Assembly: GCA_907165135.1 (NCBI GenBank)
Contig: OU015568.1
Span: forward strand, 5,394,001-5,458,000
Origin: Oikopleura dioica
Taxonomy: Eukaryota > Animalia > Chordata
DNA: 64,000 bases
Reading direction: 5' to 3'
Below, piece after piece: positions 1 through 12,569 of this stretch; position 1 is the stretch's first letter, and the number at the start of each line of letters is the position of its first letter. Under the pieces are notes generated by a model, which ran no database searches, was not told where the DNA came from, and saw only the letters and a program-made list of their open reading frames with translations. The translations under genes were made by a program, and so were the position numbers.

Positions 1-2445
1 CTTTTTCTCAAATGGAGTAGATGGCGGAGAAAGCAAAGGACCTTCATCAAATTGGCCGTTTTTGACTCATATTTACGAAAAAAATTCATTTTTGACGGAC
101 TTTATATTGACAGTACATCTGGAAAGATGGCGTCCTTCTGCAGATGGACTGATTTCCGATCATTAGTAAAGTATCTGAGTAATACCCCGCTGCGAAAATC
201 AGATATGAAGGGTTTATTTCCAAGCAGCTGAAGATGAAATCACAGAAAAGACGTGAAAAGACTCGAGGTACCAACCAGCTGTGATGAAGTCAGAATCATG
301 GTGAATTTTTACATGAATAATATTATTTTTTTAATTGAATAACCCAAAGTCGGATTAATTATGGCATAATTTTTCTTAGTATTTTCGTTAAAAAAGTAAG
401 GATTATTATATGTTGATCTTTTTTTGCATTAAAAATTGATTGTTATTGAATTTTTACAAGGTCGCTCGTTTTCGGAATTTTAAGATCCCTTGCGCGAAGG
501 GATATCCCACGCGCGAAGGGATCGGCGCGATCCCTTTGTTTATGTGAGCGCTCCCTTCTCGTTGCCTCTCGCTGCGAGGCGATCCCTTACACCGTGGGAT
601 CGAAACGGCGCTGTGGCGCGCGATCCCTTCAAAATCCCCCGCGATTTGACACCCTGGTTGCTGCTCCCGCATTCTGTTTTGACGGTCATAATGGGCGAAG
701 GCAAAGACTTTTTGAAGGTTTTTGGATGAAATAGAGAGATTTTTTTAGAAAAAAAAAATTCTGAAAAAATTGTCGAAATTTTTTTTTCTGTGAGAAAGAA
801 CCTTTCCTAGCGCTAGAACAACCAGAGGAGTGACAAAAGTCCTGAACATTCGCGCCCATCTTCTTCTCATCAACTGCGACTCGGTGTAGCCCCGTGGACC
901 GGGCTTGAATCTCGTGTAAGTATCGCTATCTTTTAGCCGCGGATCAACGAATTTTGTTTGTTACAAAATAGATATTAATTCAAACATCCTCTCTTTTCTG
1001 CAATTTTTCGACGAAGCGAAGAAAAAATTTTAAATGAAGAATAATTTGCGAGAATAATGAGCTGTCACTGTCAGTCGGAAAGTTTATCTCGGGGCAGAGC
1101 AAAATTCAGAAATGACAAAAATAGATTTTCAACATGTTCCCAAAAAAAGAATTTCAGATATATTTTAGAGAAACCGTATTTTTATTTGAACAAATTCATT
1201 TTGATATTTTGGCCGTGAATGGCATAAGTGATTAATGACGTTAAAAAATTGAAAAGTTTCCGTACAGTTTAAGGGTGTCAGTCCATTAATAAATGAAACT
1301 CAATTTTATTTATTCTTAATTCTGTCGATTTTTCTTTATTTTTAACTCATTTCTATAAATATAATAAAAATATAAGTAATATTAATATATTGCCAAGTCG
1401 TTGATTACACCCTTGAAAGATCATTCAGAGCCGTTGCGCCTTATCATAATCCGAAAAGAGCGTGGCGCGCTTCTTTTTACTCCTCCAAAATCGTAATTTT
1501 CCCATGAGAGAAGTGGCGAAAAACGCCTGCTGTCGGCTTTTCTATTTCCTGAATTTTTGATCCTATCCTGATGCTGCTTGCATCTCCGCTAATCTTCTCT
1601 CAAACATGAAGTTCGTCTCTTCTCTTATCACTCTTTCTCGCCACTCGCGTGCGCCATCTCGTGACAGAAGGGAAAGTCGAAAGTTACGAAGAAAGTAAAA
1701 ATTGTAACGAAGCGTTTTGATACGACGGGGATTCACCGCGCGGTCAGAGTCCGGTACAGCCGCAGGCCCTTTCAGTCCCAATTGAGCTACCCGGCTCAGC
1801 ACTGATCCCCTCAAGTCAAAAACGAAACACTGACGCGCATAATAACACTAAGCCCTTTTTTGGGCAGATTTGAGGAAATTCTTGGTTCAATGCCAGGAAA
1901 ATTTAAAATTATCATTATTTTTCTTGGCAAAATAATTAATAAGACAAAAAATCATAAAAAAGCCATGAAAACTAGCAGCTGTTTTTCTAAAGTCAATAAT
2001 TGTTGAAAATAAATTCGGCGGGCAATTTTCGATTTTTTCGAAATTTTTTTCACATCATTTTTTTGAAATGAAAAATAAAGCAGTGAATAAAACGAGCGAA
2101 AAATCTCGGGAACCAAAAGATTGGAGCTTCAAAAAAGGTTTACTTGACAAAATTATTCTTTGTTGACCTTTTCTTATTCAGCATATTTGCCATATCTTGC
2201 GACTTATTTGCTGTGGGTGCTTTTTCTCCTCCGATTTGCTGCAAAAGAAGGCTTCTTTGTGAATTTTCGAGGACCAAAGCCAAATTTCCGACCTGGACTG
2301 TAATTGTTTCTTCCCTGTAATTGCTCATGCAATTAAATAAATTAGCAAAAAGAACAAAGCGTCGATTGAATTGTATATTTGCGTTTCTATGAAACACGGA
2401 AAAAGTGAGCAAACGAACAAAAGAAAAAATACTCAAAAAGAAAAA

Positions 2446-3175
2446 ATGGGTTCGTCTTCGTCAAAAAACACTGCAGACCCGCTGAATTCAACCCTGCCAG
2501 AGCTAGAATCAGAGCAAGCATTTGCAAAGAACAAGAGACAGCTAGAACCAGATGTGATTGGAGCTAAACTAGCAGCCAAAGCGCAAGTCGTTGCTATGTT
2601 TGGACAAGGTATCAAGAGGAAGATTCTTTTTTTAGTTCATTTCTAGATGCGATCTACAAAGACCAGCAAGAAAAAGACCAACCTCCTGTTTATCGCCACC
2701 ATCCTTCCCCTGTCAAAATCACTCCAGCAAAACCTGATGGGAAGTTCTACTTCGTCTCCGTCGGCTCTAGAAGGGTAAGGTTTTCAAAGCCAAAATCTTC
2801 CTCATCCTTCTTCTTTTTTAGGTTCAACTGCCGATGTACGGAAAAGACCTTGAATTCTCCGAAAAGGTGTTCAAGAAAGAAAACGGAATTGAAGACAACG
2901 AAGAGGAGGAGGACCAGAAAGAAGAAGAGCCATTACCGATTGAAGAATCCAAAGCAACAAAAACAGAAGAAATACAAACTCTTCAGATTGAGAAAGAAAA
3001 CTCTAAAGTCAGCTTCAACTTGGAAAATGAAATGATCTCTCCCCGAGACCCAGAAGAAATGGACTTTCCGATTGTCCCGGAAAATGAGCCGGAAATGCCA
3101 GAAATTTCGAAAGAAAACTCGAAAATCTCGGATTCGCTTGAAGAATCTCATCCTATTCCCATTCTTGTTGCTTGA
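2446..3175 (+). CDS. Three-exon gene, unknown acidic protein with possible N-myristoylation start (MGSSSS)
   Basis: Exons 2446-2608, 2647-2774 and 2822-3175 join in frame across two GT-AG introns (38 and 47 nt). Ends PIPILVA*. Confidence 0.6.
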
Positions 3176-3821
3176 AATAAACAACTTATTCATTGATTTC
3201 AAGAATTTTGATCTGGTTATCTTTAAAAAAGCTTTGCTTTTTTCTGAATTTAATTGAATCCAACCAAAAAACGGCTCTGAAAAGAGCAGAGCACAGCTAG
3301 TGACATTCAAAAAGGAACGAAAACGGAGCTCAAGCTGTCCAACTGTCAGACAAACACTCGTGACGACGGTTCTTATAAGCGCACGCTCTTTCGGTTTTTC
3401 CTCAGAATAGCTTTGTCTCTTTCAGAGATCACTCGGTATGGTTATCGAAGAAGTAAATGAGAGAACGGAGACTCCGATTTTTCGGACCAAAGTCCAGGTG
3501 AATAGGCTTTGGTAAGGAAAAAGACTTATTTTTAAAGTGTCTTGATTGCGACTGCATCGGTGTCTTGAGAAAATCAGGGGAAAGTGTTTATTTATTTCCC
3601 GAAGAAGTGTTGACAACTCGAAGCATTCACACTCGAAAGCGAGATTTGAAAAAGGAGAAAACATGGAAGAAGAAAGCGGCCGCGCAACTGAGCTTTGCCA
3701 AGCACGGATTTTCGACCATGCTTCAAATGGGCTCCTATCTCAGTTCTGGCTCCCTGTTTTGGATAACTGTCATGCTTCTTGGTATTTTTCATAAAATTAA
3801 TAAATTGGTCCTATTTCTTTT

Positions 3822-4463
3822 GATGATTTCAAAAAACTTTTTGTGGGGCCGGAAATCGTAAAAAAACTGCAAGTGCAGTTTTCTTTAGCTCGTCGAGACG
3901 AGTCGAATGATAGGTCTAACTCTTGATAACTCTAAGGATTGACCGGTTTACCGGCTGGTTACCGGAAATTACGTTGTCACCGGCCGTTTTTGTTCTAGAA
4001 GTGGTAAACAGATGATCGACCCAGGAAATTTTTCCTTATAGTCAGTTCTACTGCAGGCTAAAAGATGAGAGTCGTATCATTACTCCGAAGAGAGTTATCA
4101 CTAAAAACAGTAAATTTTGCATGAATTTCGTTGTCGCTGCGCGTTCCTGATTTCTAGTCCCATTTCCGCCAAAAATAGTATTTCAGTGATAACTCTCTTC
4201 GGAGTAAGGATACGACTCTCATCTTTTAGCCTGCAGTAGAACTGACTATAAGGAACAATTTCCTGAGTCGACCATCTGTTTACCACTTCTATAACAAAAA
4301 CGGCCGGTGACAACGTAATTTCCGGTAACCAGCTGGTAAACCGGTAAATCCTTAGAGTTATCAAGAGTTAGACCTATCATTCGACTCGTCTCGACAAGCT
4401 AAAGAAAACTGCACTTGCAGTTTTTTACGATTTCCGGCTCCACAAAAGTTTTTTGAAATCATC
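3822..4463. mobile_element. Foldback/MITE-like element, ~280-bp inverted arms around an ~80-bp spacer
   Basis: Arms begin GATGATTTCAAAAAACTTTTTGTGG and end CCACAAAAGTTTTTTGAAATCATC. It lies in an intron of copy A whose counterpart in copy B is ~40 nt. Confidence 0.8.
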
Positions 4464-6887
4464 TATATAGCGAATCTGCATTCTCTTGAAAAATCCCGCG
4501 CGGTGACGACTTTTCTGACTTCGACTTGCAACCGAAATTACAAGGAATGCGTTCGAATCGCCGAAATGGATATCTGCGGGCATTTGCTGAAGCAATGTTT
4601 CGAAACTGAAGAATTTACGCTCCCGGAGCCGGTTTCTCAGATCGAAAACGCCAACGCTGCGCCGCTTGACTTTTCCGAAGAGGAGAACGAAGTCAATCTT
4701 CGTCGCTGTCGGAAGAAACAGTTTTACGACCAGAAGATCTGCCGCCATCTCTGCTCTGAAACGCTTGTCTTGCAATCAACAAGGACCAACCCAATCTCGC
4801 CTTGCGAATCGATGTGTTTTCAACTGACAACTGCCTCCGAAGGCGCTGGGGAGATTTGTCCATTTCAGGAGTATTGTCCGAAGGGATGTCCTTGTCCTCA
4901 TTACGAGTGCGAGAAATTTGAATCGCGTCAGAAAATGATCCCTGTTTTTGATCTTCTTAAAGAAAGTGAAATGTCAGCGACAATGATGGCTTCGTCGACA
5001 ATGTCAAACTCCACGACGTCAACGTCAAATTCGTTCATAATTTCTACGAGCTGCGAAAATATTGTTCCATCCAAATCTGATGAACGGATTACTCGGCGTT
5101 GGGATGATCCTCCGAATAATCGTAAAGAATTAGTAAAGCCGTTACCGATTATGTTAGCGGATTTAGAGGGAAATGCTCGAGGAATTAACGTCCCAGACTG
5201 CTTTTACAATTATGAATGTTTTTCACGATAAATTCGTTTTATAACGTAAAAATTTATTTTAGGGTAATAGCCTATTAGTAATAGGCTATGAGTCATAGCT
5301 ATTTTCCGTTACTAACAGTTTCATCAAAAAGACATGAAAAGTCAATTGGCGCCACTTTTCTCCATGGCGAGCACTATTTGATAGATGCAGTGGGAAATTT
5401 AATGAGATTGGCAGAAGATGATAATGCCCCGATATTCATTGAAAATCGACTTAAAAATGTGTAAGAATATTCCCTAGTTTCATTTTTTTATAAAAGTGGT
5501 TTCTTCGTCTTTCACTTTGGATCGTCGATCGGGACTCATCAAATTGAAATTCAAACCGAAGAAAAAGAAAGAAAAGTGTTTTCAGTCGTCGTCATCTGAA
5601 AAAGGTCAAAAATAACAAATTGTTATTAACAATGACCGTTTTTATTTTTAACATGAGTAAAAATTCGAGGAGAATTTTTGACCAGTTAAAGCCGCCCAAC
5701 TGCCCGGGACGACAAATGCTTCTACTACGCCCCCGATTACAATGCGAGGCGATTCGAAGAGGCTCAAGGTTACATTCCCATCAATCACATTAACGGCAAA
5801 GTGTCATCGATCAGCTTCAAAGGAGTTTTTCACTTGATGAGCGTCAAGCTGGGAGATAACTATATCAGGTTGTCGACGACTCTTTCTTTAAACAGAATAA
5901 GTGAGCGCGAGGAATTGGAGAAAGGCTGGAAAAAGGCGAATTTGGAGTTCCGGCTGAGCTGAGAGATCTTGATTTTGTCCACGTGGTTCCTCTGGAACGA
6001 GTTAAAATTTGTGATGATTGACTTTGATTTAAACTTTTTTTAACCGAAATAAGATCGATGTGGATAGACTACTTCTGATTCTGGTGACAAGAAGTATCGA
6101 TCTCTCAAATACGCTTTACTCGGTGTTGCTGGAGGCAGAAGGAAAGTTTTTGACTCTTGGTCGCGAATGGGTTGGCTCGCTTGATAAATACGAAGAAAAA
6201 TCTTTCTGCTATTCGAAATTATTTGCTTTTGATGGCTGGTACACGGGTCAATCGGGCTATAACAACGACGAGTGCGAATACTACGCAAACGGAGTCGTCA
6301 ACGACGAGAAAATCTTCATTCAGAATTACCTTTTCGATTTTTCATTCGAAGTCAAGTTCTATTTCGGAAAGGATTTATTTTTTTTCGAATTTGATAGGTC
6401 GGAAGTGCCTCCGTTTTGTTGTGGTCCTGCTCTACTCTCTAGTGTAACTGTAGCCTCTAGATGACACGAAAATGGTAGCTTAGGTGTTGTATTTCAGTTA
6501 GGTTAAAACTGACTTGTGTTGAGTAAACACTGAATTATGTTATGGTTGCACAGACTGAACGCAGTGGAAAAGCGGCGAGCGCCTCCAGATCTCTGTCAGA
6601 TCGAACGGCTTCTTGCTGACCTAACAGCTTCTCAGTCTTCGAAGTCTTCTGACGATTGGAGACTCTAGAATTGAAGAAAGAAGTGTAGAGATGATCCAGC
6701 GTAAGATGTCCAATAGGAGTAGAGATGAAAGCAGTGGTGAGCCAAGGGTTTCAATTCATTTTTCATTCGAAGTCAAGTTCTTTTTCGGAAGTGCCTCCAC
6801 TCTGTTGTGGTCCTGCTCTACTATCTAACTGTTGCCTCTAGATAACACGTAAAAGGGTATTTTTGGTGTTGCAAAGTCGGAGTCCAA

Positions 6888-7020
6888 TATAGGGGACACC
6901 AAGATAAGGGACTTTTTGGCTCAAAATGCCGAATATCAGCGACAGACAAAAATCAAATTTATGGGACTTTTTTCGAAAATTTTGAAGCAAAAAAAGTCCC
7001 TTATACGGACCCCAACTATA
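6888..7020. repeat. Small inverted-repeat element
   Basis: Imperfect inverted ends TATAGGGG..ATAAGGGACTTTTT / AAAAAGTCCCTTAT..CCCCAACTATA. Confidence 0.45.
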
Positions 7021-7069
7021 GTCCAGTTAGGTGAACACTGACTTGTGTTGAATTGTACCGGTAGGCTAC

Positions 7070-7308
7070 CGGGGACTCCCAGTACCAATTTTTGAATGGC
7101 AAAATTTTAGTCAGCCAGGAATGCCCGCTCCGCGGGATCTGTGGTAAGAAACTTACTGATTCGGACAGGATACACTTCTATTTACCCGCCTACCATTGTT
7201 CCGACTGAAATATTTCGTTATAATATCACTCGAAAAGCCGAAATTGGTACTCCCAGTACAAAAATTGGTACTGTCAGTACCAAAAAGCTTTGGTACTGCG
7301 AGTCCCCG
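7070..7308. repeat. MITE-like element with internal CCCAGTAC repeats
   Basis: Ends CGGGGACTCCCAGTACC / GGTACTGCGAGTCCCCG are inverted. It interrupts a locally duplicated segment. No TSD seen. Confidence 0.55.
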
Positions 7309-8143
7309 ACGCCCGAATTGTAATATGGTTGCACAGACTGAATGCAGTTGAAAAGCGGCAAGCGCCTCCAGTTCTCTATCAGATCTAACGGCTTCTTTCT
7401 GACCTTACAAAGGTTAAAAATTTCAATCAAATTATAAATTCTTTTGCAAGACCTTCTCGAAATCGAGTTCGTCCAGCAACCGGCAAGAAGACAAATGTTC
7501 GTCACGAGCAATCCATTTTTTGCGTTTCACGACGATGTTTTTCCTGCTTTTGCTAAGAACGCTGTCGCTCAGCCGCGATATCCACGGAGTTTCGGACAAT
7601 CAACGATCATTCCGGATAAATTTTTTACTTCTCTCGCAGAATTGAATCATATTTCTACATTGGAGATGAAATTAAATGGAATAGAAAAATTTGAACTCGA
7701 AATGGTCTTTCAAAAGAAATCGCCAATTTTTGAAGAAATAAAAATACTTGAATTGAGTTTCTTTGATGGATCAACTCTTCTCAGCTTTGGTGTTTCTTCA
7801 AATTTTTCTCTTTGGATTGATTCCGATTATCTTGAATCTCGCTCATCTTTGGAAACGAATATCACTGAAACATCGACGATTAAATTACATTTTAATTCAT
7901 ACAGTTCAACGGAAACTTCTTTGCAAATTATCAAGGGAAGGTTAAATAAAATATACACGCTTAGCTAAATCGATAAATAATGAACCAGAAAAAGAGTCAA
8001 AAGAAAAACCAAGAACTATGGAATATGAAAATGAGTGGTCTTCAAAATTTGAATAGTAAAAAGATGCGGATCTTCAAGTTTGATCATCGCGCAGAAATCA
8101 AGAATTTTCATTTATCTTATGAAAAGGCAATTTTGGTTATGGG

Positions 8144-9240
8144 TAGGGCCGACGATAAAAAATTCAAAATTAAGAACTTTCATTTGAAATAAAATTTCAT
8201 TTAGATGAAAGCCCAGACAATTCTCTACAAAACTTCGCTCATGGGGTGGTATGAAAATCAACAATAAGCCGATAAGAATCGGTAATCTGGGTACTGAGGG
8301 TGATGCAGAGCGAGGCGCCCCGTAGTTTGAAATTCGCGCTCGAGCCGCATTTTGAGATAATTGAAGCTGGACACGAGAATTAAATTTTCAACATATTTTA
8401 AGTAAATAAATATTTTTAAAGGGAGAATATGGAATAAAATAAATTAGCACTCAACGTAACATGCATCCTTTTCGTTTTTTTTCCAAAAGTTAAGCTTCAG
8501 CTTCTTCAAGTGTCAGTTCAGTATCCAGGTCTTTGTCTTGCTCCTTGATTTCGACTTCAGCTTCTTTATTGAATTCTCAATGTCTCGTTGAACTTGATTA
8601 GCGTAGCCTCTAATTAAGAATTGCTTTTGATTTCGGCGGCGTTTCTCCGTTTCTCCGTTGATTTCGGCGTAACTCGTTCGTAATCTTGCGAACGCCGTTC
8701 GCAACGAAAAATCTTGCCGTAAGTGTGCGCTTCGCGCATTTTCTTGGAGAGAACTCATTGGCTTGGCAGGAGCAGTCTTTTTCTACCGCTGGGACACATT
8801 TTGAAAAAGTTGTGAACGATTTTCGGCCAAAAATTTTTCGATTTTCCGAACGCCGTTCGTAATTTGCGAACGCCGTTCGCAAAATGGCCTTTGCGAACGA
8901 AGCCGCCCGCCACCCCGGACTTTTTCCGCCGAAAATGCATTGTAAGGAATTTTCTCTTATAAGAGAAAGATAAACATTTCCGACATCAATCTGATGTCAT
9001 TTGATGTCGTCTGATATCCTCTAATGTCAAATGTCTAACATTTGGAAGCATGACAAAAAATTACCTGTTTCCAACATCGCCAGCCGACTTTTTTGAGTTG
9101 TGCCATATTTGGCACATCGAATACACTGAAATGTGCCATATATCATGATATATGGCACATTTGGCGGGGGGGGGTGAAATTCGAGTTTGGCGGCGTAAGG
9201 CTAACAGGTTCTTGGGGTTGATTTTTGCTCGTTGGCCCTA
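8144..9240. mobile_element. Non-autonomous hAT-type DNA transposon (1097 bp)
   Basis: 8-bp TSD GTTATGGG (8136-8143, 9241-9248). TIRs TAGGGCCGACGA / TCGTTGGCCCTA. Internal AACGCCGTTCG repeats. Confidence 0.85.
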
Positions 9241-10689
9241 GTTATGGGTAATGACTTGGAAAGAGCATTATCAATTTCAATCGATGGAATAAAAAGGAAT
9301 AACGCGGTAATTATGGCTCCGAGCAATAACTATCTTGACTGGGCTCCACATGCTCTTGTCAAAAACGAGCTCTATATTTTCGGAGGATCCACGGATTATC
9401 GGAAAGTAAGAAAATTTTGAACTTTGAGAATAATGGAGTCAAGATCGCGAAACTGGAAGGCTGCACTTGGACAGAGCAGTCAACTCAATTGATCAACAAA
9501 TTTTTGTCTGGCTCTGCGGCGCTTTCGATCGAAGATGGACGAAAAGCATTAATTTGCTTTGATTACGAAGATGCAAATCGATGTGAAGTTTTCGGGGAGA
9601 AATTTCCACCGAAACTTTTACTCCAAAATATCCACATTGGGCAGGAGAAATCGGCTTCTATCAAGGAAAGCCGACTACTGTCGGAAGTTTCCACCGCGAT
9701 GGGTGGAATAAAGTGGAGACGCTTGGCTCTTCGGGCTGGAAAAGTTTACCTGATTCCCCGAAAACGTATTGAAAAAAATCATTAATTTATTAAAATTATT
9801 TAAGTGCAAAGAAATATCATATTTTGATGGGCCTTCCAAGTGGAAGTCTTTTGCTCGCCGGGGATTGGGTGATAATCATGAAGACCAAAAAGCAATTTGG
9901 CTTCTTGAAAACGACATTTGGGAACAAATCGGCAATCTTACAAACGTAAGTTTCTAAAGCTGTCAAAGATTTTGATTCGAATCAAGGCTTGTTCTTCTGC
10001 ATCTGCAATAATGATCGAAAACTCAATTTTCATCGTCCCTGGCTACGGCGATCCTTTTGCAATCGAACGACTGGATTTCGACGGAGATCGATTAACCAGT
10101 CAACGAGTCATTAGAAAAACTGACGAAAGTTTGTTTCCAGTTCTTCTTGAAGTTCCCGCGAACTATTGCGTCTGAAAAACGATAAAAGTGCAAAGAAAAA
10201 GAAGAGATTATTTGAAGGGTTTCCCTCGTATTATTTTTATAAAAAATTAAATTAATCATTCATCTGTACATCTCTTATTGCCATTTATTTTTTTTCAAAA
10301 AATAAAAATTTATTTCTTCTTGGTTTTTTATTGATTATCATACTTAACAGTAGATTATTAGTTTCAAATTCCGGACCCATCATGGACCCATAAAATGGAG
10401 CAATAAAGGCAGAAATAAATCCTTTAAAATAAATCTTCATTAAAAAAACAAACAAAGAAAAACAGACAATAACTCAAGGCCTGAATCATTTTTAACTTTA
10501 GCGATCGACGCGCACCTGTGCAATACTATATTATATAGATAAAATTTAGATTTTTGATAGAGTTTTGATCTGCTACCATTGAGAAAAAATATCGAGAAAA
10601 AGTATTTTCATCTCTGGAGTTCTAAATTCTCATCGCGTTTCTTCGTCGCCGAAAGAGCAGAAATAATCCGTCAGATTGGGAGGGGGTCG

Positions 10690-11405
10690 AAACTATTCTG
10701 CATGCAGAACTATTCTGCAAGAAATAGAGCTATTCTGCAAAAAGTAGAACAATTCTGCGTTTCGCAGAACTATTCTGCAAAATACAAAACTATTCTGCAC
10801 AAGTGCAGAACTATTCTTCATTGTGTTGAAAAGAAGATCTTCATTTAGATACAAAATTTCACTGTTTGGAAGCACGCAGCGGCAGGGTTCGGTAATTTGA
10901 GCTCACGCTAAAACTCAGGGAAACAAAGCTTGAGACTCACGTTTTTTAATTTGAGTTTTGAGAACTCAGAGATGAGAAATCAATTCTGGCGATCCATGAG
11001 CCAATCAAGGAAGCGCTCGCTTAATTTGAGTTTTGAAAACTCAAAACTCTCAAATCTCCCAAAAACTCAAAACTCTCAAAATCTCAAATCTTCTCAAAAT
11101 GATTTCTCAAGTCACTTTGAGTTCTCAATTTGAGGAAATTTGAGCGTCTAGCCAAAATGAGTTTTAGCTTGAGCTCAAATTACCGAACCCTGCGCAGCGG
11201 GCCTACGGCCCTTGCGCGCAAATTCTGGTAGGGAACTCATTTTTGAAGGTGGCCAACTTTCTCTACTCTCGCGCCTCCTTTGATAAAAAGTCGTTTTTCT
11301 TATATGCAGAACTATTCTGCATGCAGAATTATTTCGTCGGAAAATAGCCCATTTGTCGACGAAACTATTCTGCATTTTGCAGAACAATTCTGCATGCAGA
11401 ATAGT
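10690..11405 (+). repeat. Degenerate ~13-nt repeat array (GAACTATTCTGCA), split by an hAT MITE
   Basis: Many AACTATTCTGCA/AACAATTCTGC units at 10690-10820 and 11305-11405. Confidence 0.75.
10883..11192. mobile_element. hAT-type MITE (310 bp)
   Basis: 8-bp TSD CGCAGCGG (10875-10882, 11193-11200). TIRs CAGGGTTCGGTAATTTGAGCTCA / TGAGCTCAAATTACCGAACCCTG. Confidence 0.9.
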
Positions 11406-11562
11406 TCCGAAGGTTTCCCGTCAGATTTGGATCTTCGCTTCGGCAATGACGTGAATGCCAAGCTAGAGTCAAATAATCCAAGCCAGAGTTCTCTCGCTAA
11501 ATAACACCGACTAGGGGAGCTCTTCAGAAGATTAAAATTAGCTATTTAACAAGCGGCAGGAG

Positions 11563-12387
11563 TTGATTTTGTTCACTTTCAGAGTCGACTTTGATTCGAT
11601 TTTCGAAATGAAATCGAGAGTCGAGGAAGAGATTCGCCCCGTCGAAGAGACGCCATCGCCTAAAATTAAGAAACCGAAAGGTCGACAGAAAAAGAAAACT
11701 GCTGATGAGGAAATTCGACCGACGATCAATGATTTGCCACGAAAGCGGCAAAAAAAGGAAAGAATGACGAGTAAAAATGACCCTTTGCCAGCCGAAGCTA
11801 AGAGGTCTAAAAGTCCAACGAAAAAGAATACCGCTCAAAAAGGCCCGAAATCGAATGAGTTGGCTAATGTAAGATGCCTCGAATGCCACGCTGTCGGAAC
11901 AGTGATGAAAACGATCGACGGAATCGTATTGTTTCCGAACAAGGTGAAGAAAACGCTACTTGAGCTTGGAGCAGGCATTTTGATGCCGAATATAAAGAAG
12001 GTGAAGCCCACTGTCAAGATAGCCAATAGCAGGGCGAAGAACTTTGTGGAAGGGTTCAGTCAAGTTGAAGACAACGGAGAAAACGACGGATTTTTTCAGA
12101 GATCGATTAAAAGGGTCCGAAAATTTAGGGAACGATTCGCCAGTGGGGTCAAAAATGCGAAGGGCGAGAAGAAATTCGAGCTTGTAAAAATGATGGAGCG
12201 GGAGAAGACAAAAACGAGCCAGAAATGCGAGAAATTTCAAAAGAAAACTCAAAAATCTCCGACTCGCTTGAAGAATCTCATCCTATTCCCATTCTTGTTG
12301 CTTGAAATAAATATCTTATTCATTGATTTCAAGAATTTTGATCTGGTTATCTTAAAAAAAGCAGTGCTCTTTTCTGAATTTAATTGA
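11563..12387 (+). CDS. Lys-rich unknown ORF, probably chimeric at the duplication junction
   Basis: 274-aa ORF with a CLEC motif. Its 3' end (from ~12212) copies the end of gene 2446-3175, whose reading (..PIPILVA*, stop 12305) lies in another frame. Splicing unresolved. Confidence 0.4.
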   Translation: MILFTFRVDFDSIFEMKSRVEEEIRPVEETPSPKIKKPKGRQKKKTADEEIRPTINDLPRKRQKKERMTSKNDPLPAEAKRSKSPTKKNTAQKGPKSNELANVRCLECHAVGTVMKTIDGIVLFPNKVKKTLLELGAGILMPNIKKVKPTVKIANSRAKNFVEGFSQVEDNGENDGFFQRSIKRVRKFRERFASGVKNAKGEKKFELVKMMEREKTKTSQKCEKFQKKTQKSPTRLKNLILFPFLLLEINILFIDFKNFDLVILKKAVLFSEFN

Positions 12388-12569
12388 ATCGAACCAAAAA
12401 TAACGGCTCTGAAAAGAGCAAAGTAAGGCTAGTGACATTCAGAAAGGAACGAAAACGGAGCTCAAGCTGTCCAACTGTCAGACAAATACTCGTGAAGACG
12501 GTTCTCATAAGCGAACGCTCTTTCGGTTTTTCCTCAGAATAGCTTTTTCTCTTTCAGAGATCAATCGCT

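Larger units (their letters stand above)
3438..10175 (+). pseudogene. Copy A of a multi-exon Cys-rich + kelch-like beta-propeller gene, disrupted by insertions
   Basis: Colinear with 12570-16469 (ORFs 3565, 4503, 6060, 7444, 9232, 9417, 9918). A 1.1-kb hAT element interrupts the exon ILVMG|NDLE, and about 1 kb of extra sequence lies at 6.4-7.4 kb. Confidence 0.65.

Noticed and set aside
8200-8760. Transposase remnant inside the hAT element
   Set aside because: Only short frames and a weak ERSF match, with no convincing hAT domain.
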